A DNA stretch of 64,000 nucleotides from positions 1,440,001 through 1,504,000 of the forward strand of contig CAXXJV010000001.1 of the NCBI GenBank assembly GCA_963663475.2, given 5' to 3'. This DNA is from Candidatus Cloacimonadales bacterium. GTDB lineage: Bacteria > Cloacimonadota > Cloacimonadia > Cloacimonadales > JAFGVF01. Below are positions 59,064 to 64,000 of the stretch, one piece after another. Both the position numbers and the translations under genes were made by a program. How positions within the stretch are numbered: position 1 is the stretch's first letter; each line of letters starts with the position of its first letter. The notes under the pieces were generated by a model. That model saw nothing but the letters and a program-made list of their open reading frames with translations. It had not been told where the DNA came from and ran no database searches.

Positions 59064-62000
59064 ATGGTCAATGAAAAGATTTATAAAGAGAGAATCCAAC
59101 ATTGGATAAAAAGAGTTGGAGATGCTGTGTATAGTCAGCCTCAGAAATTAAAAGCTCAATACATTTATAATCCCAAAGAACCAATTGCATATGATAAAAT
59201 AAATGAATATTCATGGAAAGAAATCAAAGTTGGAGATAAATGGGCAGATTTATGGGGATGTGGATGGTTTAAGTTTACTGGGAAAGTTCCTTCCATAATG
59301 AAGGGGGCTTATGTGGGTGCTTGGCTTGATGTTGATGGAGAAGCTTGTCTTTTTAAAAATGGTATTCCTTACCAAGGTCTGACTAATAAAATAGACTGGA
59401 ATTTGCAAGCAGGAAAGTATTTTGTTCCTCTTTTCCCAAACTCTCAAGGTAATGAAGAGATTGATTTATTAGTAGAAACTGGGGCTAATGGACTATTTGG
59501 GGAAGATAAGAAAGAGTATAAACTCCAGCGAGCTGATATTGTTGTCTTTGACCCACAGGCTTTTAACCTATGGATGGATATAAGAACTTTATTCTCTCTT
59601 TGGCAAGGCTTACTTGATAATAGCCCACGGAGGAAGAGGATTCTCTTTGGATTAAATCAAGCTTGTAATATTTGGGATGATGGTCGAAATAAGGATAAAT
59701 GTCTTAAAATCACTAAAGAATTACTTGCCTTGCCTGCTAATGCTTCAGCTTTAACAGCTTGGTCCATAGGTCATGCCCATATAGATGTAGCTTGGCTATG
59801 GCCAATTAGAGAAACTAGAAGGAAATGTGGTAGAACTTTCTCAACAGCTCTAAGATTCTTGGATGAATACCCTGAATATATCTTTGGTGCTTCCCAAGCT
59901 CAGTTATATCAATATGTTAAGGAAGACTATCCTCAATTATACCAAGAAATTAAAAACAAAGTTAAAGAAGGTAAATGGGAGTGTCAAGGAGGAACTTGGG
60001 TAGAAATGGACACTAATATCCCATCTGGAGAGTCCCTCATTAGGCAGTGCATTTATGGTAGAAGCTTCTTTGCAGAAGAATTTTCTAAAGTTATTGATTA
60101 CTTATGGTTACCAGATTGTTTTGGCTATACTGCTTCTCTACCTCAAATTCTCAAAAAATGTAAAGTTGATACTTTCATCTCTCAGAAATTATCCTGGAAT
60201 GATACTAATACTTTCCCTCACCATACCTATAGGTGGCAAGGTATAGACGGCTCAGAAGTCTTGTGTCACTTCTTACCAACTAACGATTATAACTTCAGTA
60301 ATTTACCACAAAGCTTTATTGAAAGTGAAAGGAGATTTGCCCAAGCAGATATTTCAGATGATTTCTTAAATCTCTATGGGATTGGAGATGGGGGAGGGGG
60401 ACCTTCTAAAGAACATATTGAGCTAGGACTAAGACAGCAGAATTTAGAGGGAAGTCCTAAGGTTAAATTTGCCCAAGCAAAGGACTTTATTAAGGAGATT
60501 AGGAAACTTGATAAAGAAAGCTTACCAGTTTGGTATGGAGAACTATATTTCGAATTACATCGTGGAACTTATACCACCCAATCTTTGATGAAAAAGTATA
60601 ACAGAAAGCTAGAACAAAAGATGCAAATGGTTGAATTTTTGAGTGTATTAGTTGGGCAGAATACTAATAGCTATTTACAAGGAATTTGGAAAGATATCCT
60701 GCTTAATCAATTCCATGATATTATCCCTGGCTCTTCTATTGGTTGGGTCTATGAAGATGCCCATGCTTTATCTCAAAAGAATTTAGACAAACTTGATTTA
60801 GTAGAGCAAAACTTGACATCACAGATCTTAAGAATCCAGACTTCTGTAAATCATCTCCTTATCTTCAATAGTCTTAGTCATGCTAGAAAAGAAGTAATTG
60901 AATTTGCTTGTCCCAAGGCCTATAAAGTCTTTGCAGATGACAAGCTAATAGAATCCCAACATCAGAATGGAAAAATATTTTTCCAAGCTACTATTCCACC
61001 TCTTGGTTATCAAGTTTTTACACTTCAAGAAACTGAGGATAATAATCTTCTTCTTTTACCAAAAAATGATAAGCTGGAAAATTCACTTTTGAGAGTCGAA
61101 TTTGATGATAAAGGAGCCATAATATCTATTTGGGATAAGCAAGAGGAGAAAGAGTGGTTAAAGTCTCCTGCAAATGCCCTTAAGTTATGGGAAGATTTGC
61201 CAAATAACTGGGGTGCTTGGGATATTAATCACTTCTATAGGGAAACTAAAGCCCAAGAAGCAAGTCTTTTAGAACGTAAGATGATAACTGATAACAAGTT
61301 TAAACAAACTATTTATCAAAGACTAAGTATTGGAAATTCTGAGATAAAACAGCTTATTTCCTTATCTAAAGATTCTACTTTAATTGAGATTGAAAACTGG
61401 GTTGATTGGAATGAAAAACATAAAATGTTACGAGTAGCTGCAAGTCCAAATTTAAATATGCCTATTGTAAAGTCAGAAATTCAATTCGGTCTAGTTGAAA
61501 GGCCAACTCACAAGAACACATCTTGGGATTGGGCAAAATTTGAAGTGTTAGCCCACACATTTATTGATATGTCTGATAATAAACATGGCTTCGCTATCCT
61601 TAATGATTGTAAGTATGGTCACTCTGTACAAGATAATAGTATGGAGATTAATCTCTTGAGAAGTCCTGCAGATGTTCATAAAGAAGCTGACTTAGGACAG
61701 CATACTTTCACCTTTGCTTACTACCCTCATAATAATAGCTTAGCTGATAGTGATGTGATTCAACAAGCTCATTCTCTGAATCAAAAACTCTACCTCTTAG
61801 AAACTGATGTAATTCCTCAGGCTAGTCAAAAATCTCTTTTTAAAATAGATAATCAAGCTCTTATTGCTCAGACCGTTAAGTACTCGGAATCAGGTAATGA
61901 TATTATTGTAAGATGCTATGAAGCTCAAGGCTCAAGTCAAAAGTGCAAACTTGAATTAAACGATAACTATTCTTCAGCCTATCTATGTAATATGCTAGAA

Positions 62001-62099
62001 GATGAGGAAGAGAAATTAAGTATTGAGAATAAATCACTCAAACTTTCTTTTACTCCTTTTGAAATTAAGACTATCAAACTTATCAAAAACGAGGATTAA
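59064..62099 (+). CDS. Alpha-mannosidase (GH38)
   Basis: GHAHIDVAWLWP, WLPDCFGY, GDGGGGP, ELHRGTYT, NQFHDIIPGSSI. Confidence 0.92.
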   Translation: MVNEKIYKERIQHWIKRVGDAVYSQPQKLKAQYIYNPKEPIAYDKINEYSWKEIKVGDKWADLWGCGWFKFTGKVPSIMKGAYVGAWLDVDGEACLFKNGIPYQGLTNKIDWNLQAGKYFVPLFPNSQGNEEIDLLVETGANGLFGEDKKEYKLQRADIVVFDPQAFNLWMDIRTLFSLWQGLLDNSPRRKRILFGLNQACNIWDDGRNKDKCLKITKELLALPANASALTAWSIGHAHIDVAWLWPIRETRRKCGRTFSTALRFLDEYPEYIFGASQAQLYQYVKEDYPQLYQEIKNKVKEGKWECQGGTWVEMDTNIPSGESLIRQCIYGRSFFAEEFSKVIDYLWLPDCFGYTASLPQILKKCKVDTFISQKLSWNDTNTFPHHTYRWQGIDGSEVLCHFLPTNDYNFSNLPQSFIESERRFAQADISDDFLNLYGIGDGGGGPSKEHIELGLRQQNLEGSPKVKFAQAKDFIKEIRKLDKESLPVWYGELYFELHRGTYTTQSLMKKYNRKLEQKMQMVEFLSVLVGQNTNSYLQGIWKDILLNQFHDIIPGSSIGWVYEDAHALSQKNLDKLDLVEQNLTSQILRIQTSVNHLLIFNSLSHARKEVIEFACPKAYKVFADDKLIESQHQNGKIFFQATIPPLGYQVFTLQETEDNNLLLLPKNDKLENSLLRVEFDDKGAIISIWDKQEEKEWLKSPANALKLWEDLPNNWGAWDINHFYRETKAQEASLLERKMITDNKFKQTIYQRLSIGNSEIKQLISLSKDSTLIEIENWVDWNEKHKMLRVAASPNLNMPIVKSEIQFGLVERPTHKNTSWDWAKFEVLAHTFIDMSDNKHGFAILNDCKYGHSVQDNSMEINLLRSPADVHKEADLGQHTFTFAYYPHNNSLADSDVIQQAHSLNQKLYLLETDVIPQASQKSLFKIDNQALIAQTVKYSESGNDIIVRCYEAQGSSQKCKLELNDNYSSAYLCNMLEDEEEKLSIENKSLKLSFTPFEIKTIKLIKNED

Positions 62100-62103
62100 T
62101 TAA

Positions 62104-64000
62104 ATGAAACAATATAGGTCCTTAATTCCATATCCTCAAAAACTGCAAGCTAAAGGGGAAAACTTCTTTTATTTTTCTAAAACAGCTATTGATGTTAAAA
62201 ATTCTGAACTAAAAGAACTAATTGAAAAAGAAGTAAGTCAGACTCCTCTTGCTAACTTGCAAGCACAAGTAACAAGCATTGATCTAGTTAATGATAATAG
62301 CTTAGTTAGTGATGAAGCATATATATTGAAAATAGCTCAAAATCAGATTATTTTCCATATCAAAAGTGAAAAAGGACTCTTTTATGGCTTGCAAACTCTC
62401 AAACAGTTAATTCGCTTTAACCATAATAAATTATACCCACTAGAAATTCAAGATTATCCTGCCTTTGAATGGCGGGGCTTACATCTAGATGTAGCTAGAC
62501 ATTTCTTCTCAATTACTGAAATCTATAGTCTTCTAGATAGAATGGCCGAGCTTAAACTAAACAGATTTCATTGGCATCTAAGTGATGATCAAGGGTGGAG
62601 AATAGAATCAAAACTATATCCTAAACTGCATGAGCAAGCTTCAATTAGGATTCAATCAGATAATAGTATTTATCAAGCCTATTATAAACAAGCAGAAATA
62701 AAGGATGTAATTGCTTATGCCCAATCGAAAATGATAATGGTAATTCCGGAAATAGACTTGCCAGGTCACACACAAGCAATAATATCTGCTTATCCTGATT
62801 TATCTTGTCACAAAAAGCACCTTCCTGTCTGGAACCAATGGGGTGTATCTGAAAATATTCTTTGTGTTTCAGATGTAAAGACACTTGCTTTTCTAGATTC
62901 TTTATTAAGTGAGATTATTCCTCTTTTCCCAGCTCCTTACTTTCACATTGGGGGAGATGAATGTCCTACTCGCCAATGGGAAAATTGCCCTAAGTGCCAA
63001 GCTAAACTTAAGGAAATTAATGCTAAATCATTTAGGTCCTTGCAAGGAGACTTTAATCAACACTTAGCTAGCATACTTCAGAAACACGATAAAATCATGA
63101 TAGGATGGGATGAAATAGCTGATGCTAAAGCTCCTGCAGGATCTATTTTAATGGGCTGGCGAGGTGATGGAAAAGAAGCTGTTAGGAAAGCGAATGAACA
63201 AGACTTAAAGTATATTTTGACTCCTAATCATCCGCTATATTTCGATTGGAAACAATCTGCTCAACCTCAAGAAGAAGGAGCCTTTGGTATTTCCTCACTT
63301 GCAGATGTTTATAATTATGATTATGCTAGCTTGAAGTCTGCTAAGATGTTAGGTATGCAGGGGAATATTTGGACTGAGAGAATTAACAGTCTTGCAAAAC
63401 TACAATATATGGCTTTTCCCAGAACAATTGCTTTAGCTGAAAGTTGCTGGACATCTAAGGAGAATAAAGACTATAATAGATTCCTGCTTTATCTAAAAAG
63501 ATTTTTAGCCTATTATGTGGAACTTAAACAGAATTATGCAAGTTATGAAATTGACAAGACTAGTAAATTTGAAAAAAAACAAATCATTTGCAGAGATAAT
63601 TTAGTATCTGACTTACCAGAGTTGAATGATGTATCTTCTATTTTCAATCCAGGAGCTATCAAGCTTAATGATATGTTTTATTTACTTTTGAGAGTGCAAA
63701 ATAGAGGAAGAGAAACTTTCTTAGTTAAAGCTCAAAGCTCTGATGGAATCAACTTTACTCTTGATGATAAACCTCTTACTATTCTAGGAATGGAGTCTAT
63801 AACTCAAGATATCAAACATATTTACGACCCCCGTATTACCCACATAGATGATATTTTGTATCTTGTCACTGCTGTAGATACAAGTCAGGCTTGTTATTTG
63901 GGCTTATTTACTAGCAAAGATTTAGAAAGCCTAGAATGGCATGGATTTATTTCTGAGCATGATAATAGAAATGGAGTAATCTTTCCAGAAAAGATTAAAG
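62104..64000 (+). CDS. GH20 beta-N-acetylhexosaminidase fused in frame to a GH130-like domain; runs off the window
   Basis: Not in the ORF track because it has no stop; hand translation gives WRGLHLDVARHF, HIGGDE, NIWTE, then FNPGAI, YDPRIT, DNRNGVIFPEKI. Confidence 0.85.
   Translation, partial: MKQYRSLIPYPQKLQAKGENFFYFSKTAIDVKNSELKELIEKEVSQTPLANLQAQVTSIDLVNDNSLVSDEAYILKIAQNQIIFHIKSEKGLFYGLQTLKQLIRFNHNKLYPLEIQDYPAFEWRGLHLDVARHFFSITEIYSLLDRMAELKLNRFHWHLSDDQGWRIESKLYPKLHEQASIRIQSDNSIYQAYYKQAEIKDVIAYAQSKMIMVIPEIDLPGHTQAIISAYPDLSCHKKHLPVWNQWGVSENILCVSDVKTLAFLDSLLSEIIPLFPAPYFHIGGDECPTRQWENCPKCQAKLKEINAKSFRSLQGDFNQHLASILQKHDKIMIGWDEIADAKAPAGSILMGWRGDGKEAVRKANEQDLKYILTPNHPLYFDWKQSAQPQEEGAFGISSLADVYNYDYASLKSAKMLGMQGNIWTERINSLAKLQYMAFPRTIALAESCWTSKENKDYNRFLLYLKRFLAYYVELKQNYASYEIDKTSKFEKKQIICRDNLVSDLPELNDVSSIFNPGAIKLNDMFYLLLRVQNRGRETFLVKAQSSDGINFTLDDKPLTILGMESITQDIKHIYDPRITHIDDILYLVTAVDTSQACYLGLFTSKDLESLEWHGFISEHDNRNGVIFPEKIK

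Overview
AT-rich bacterial chromosome segment; the gene content suggests an anaerobic diderm, possibly Cloacimonadota-like (inference only). It carries housekeeping and metabolic genes: two Lon paralogues, a class II ribonucleotide reductase, a methylmalonyl-CoA transcarboxylase-type cluster, rarA, amt, an ars operon, a Pro-Val-Val-Pro tRNA cluster, a TolC/MacAB efflux operon with a LytS/LytTR pair, and an ABC-GH38-GH20/GH130 glycan locus. The standout is a ~12 kb defence island (23853-35730) bounded by a 34-bp direct repeat. In it a PLD-nuclease/SF2 helicase, a KilA-N protein and a Type IIG-like N6-adenine MTase-TRD gene face a silent, inverted, alternative copy of the MTase C-terminal specificity region. 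Two nested perfect inverted-repeat pairs (64 bp and 30 bp) and an adjacent serine DNA invertase make this look like a 4-state specificity shufflon. One silent cassette is currently interrupted by an IS3 element with a TAT target duplication. Intergenic DNA is densely colonised by a ~165-195 bp palindromic MITE-like family (9 near-full and ~8 partial copies), plus a second MITE and REP-like repeats around an IS200/RAYT-like tyrosine transposase.
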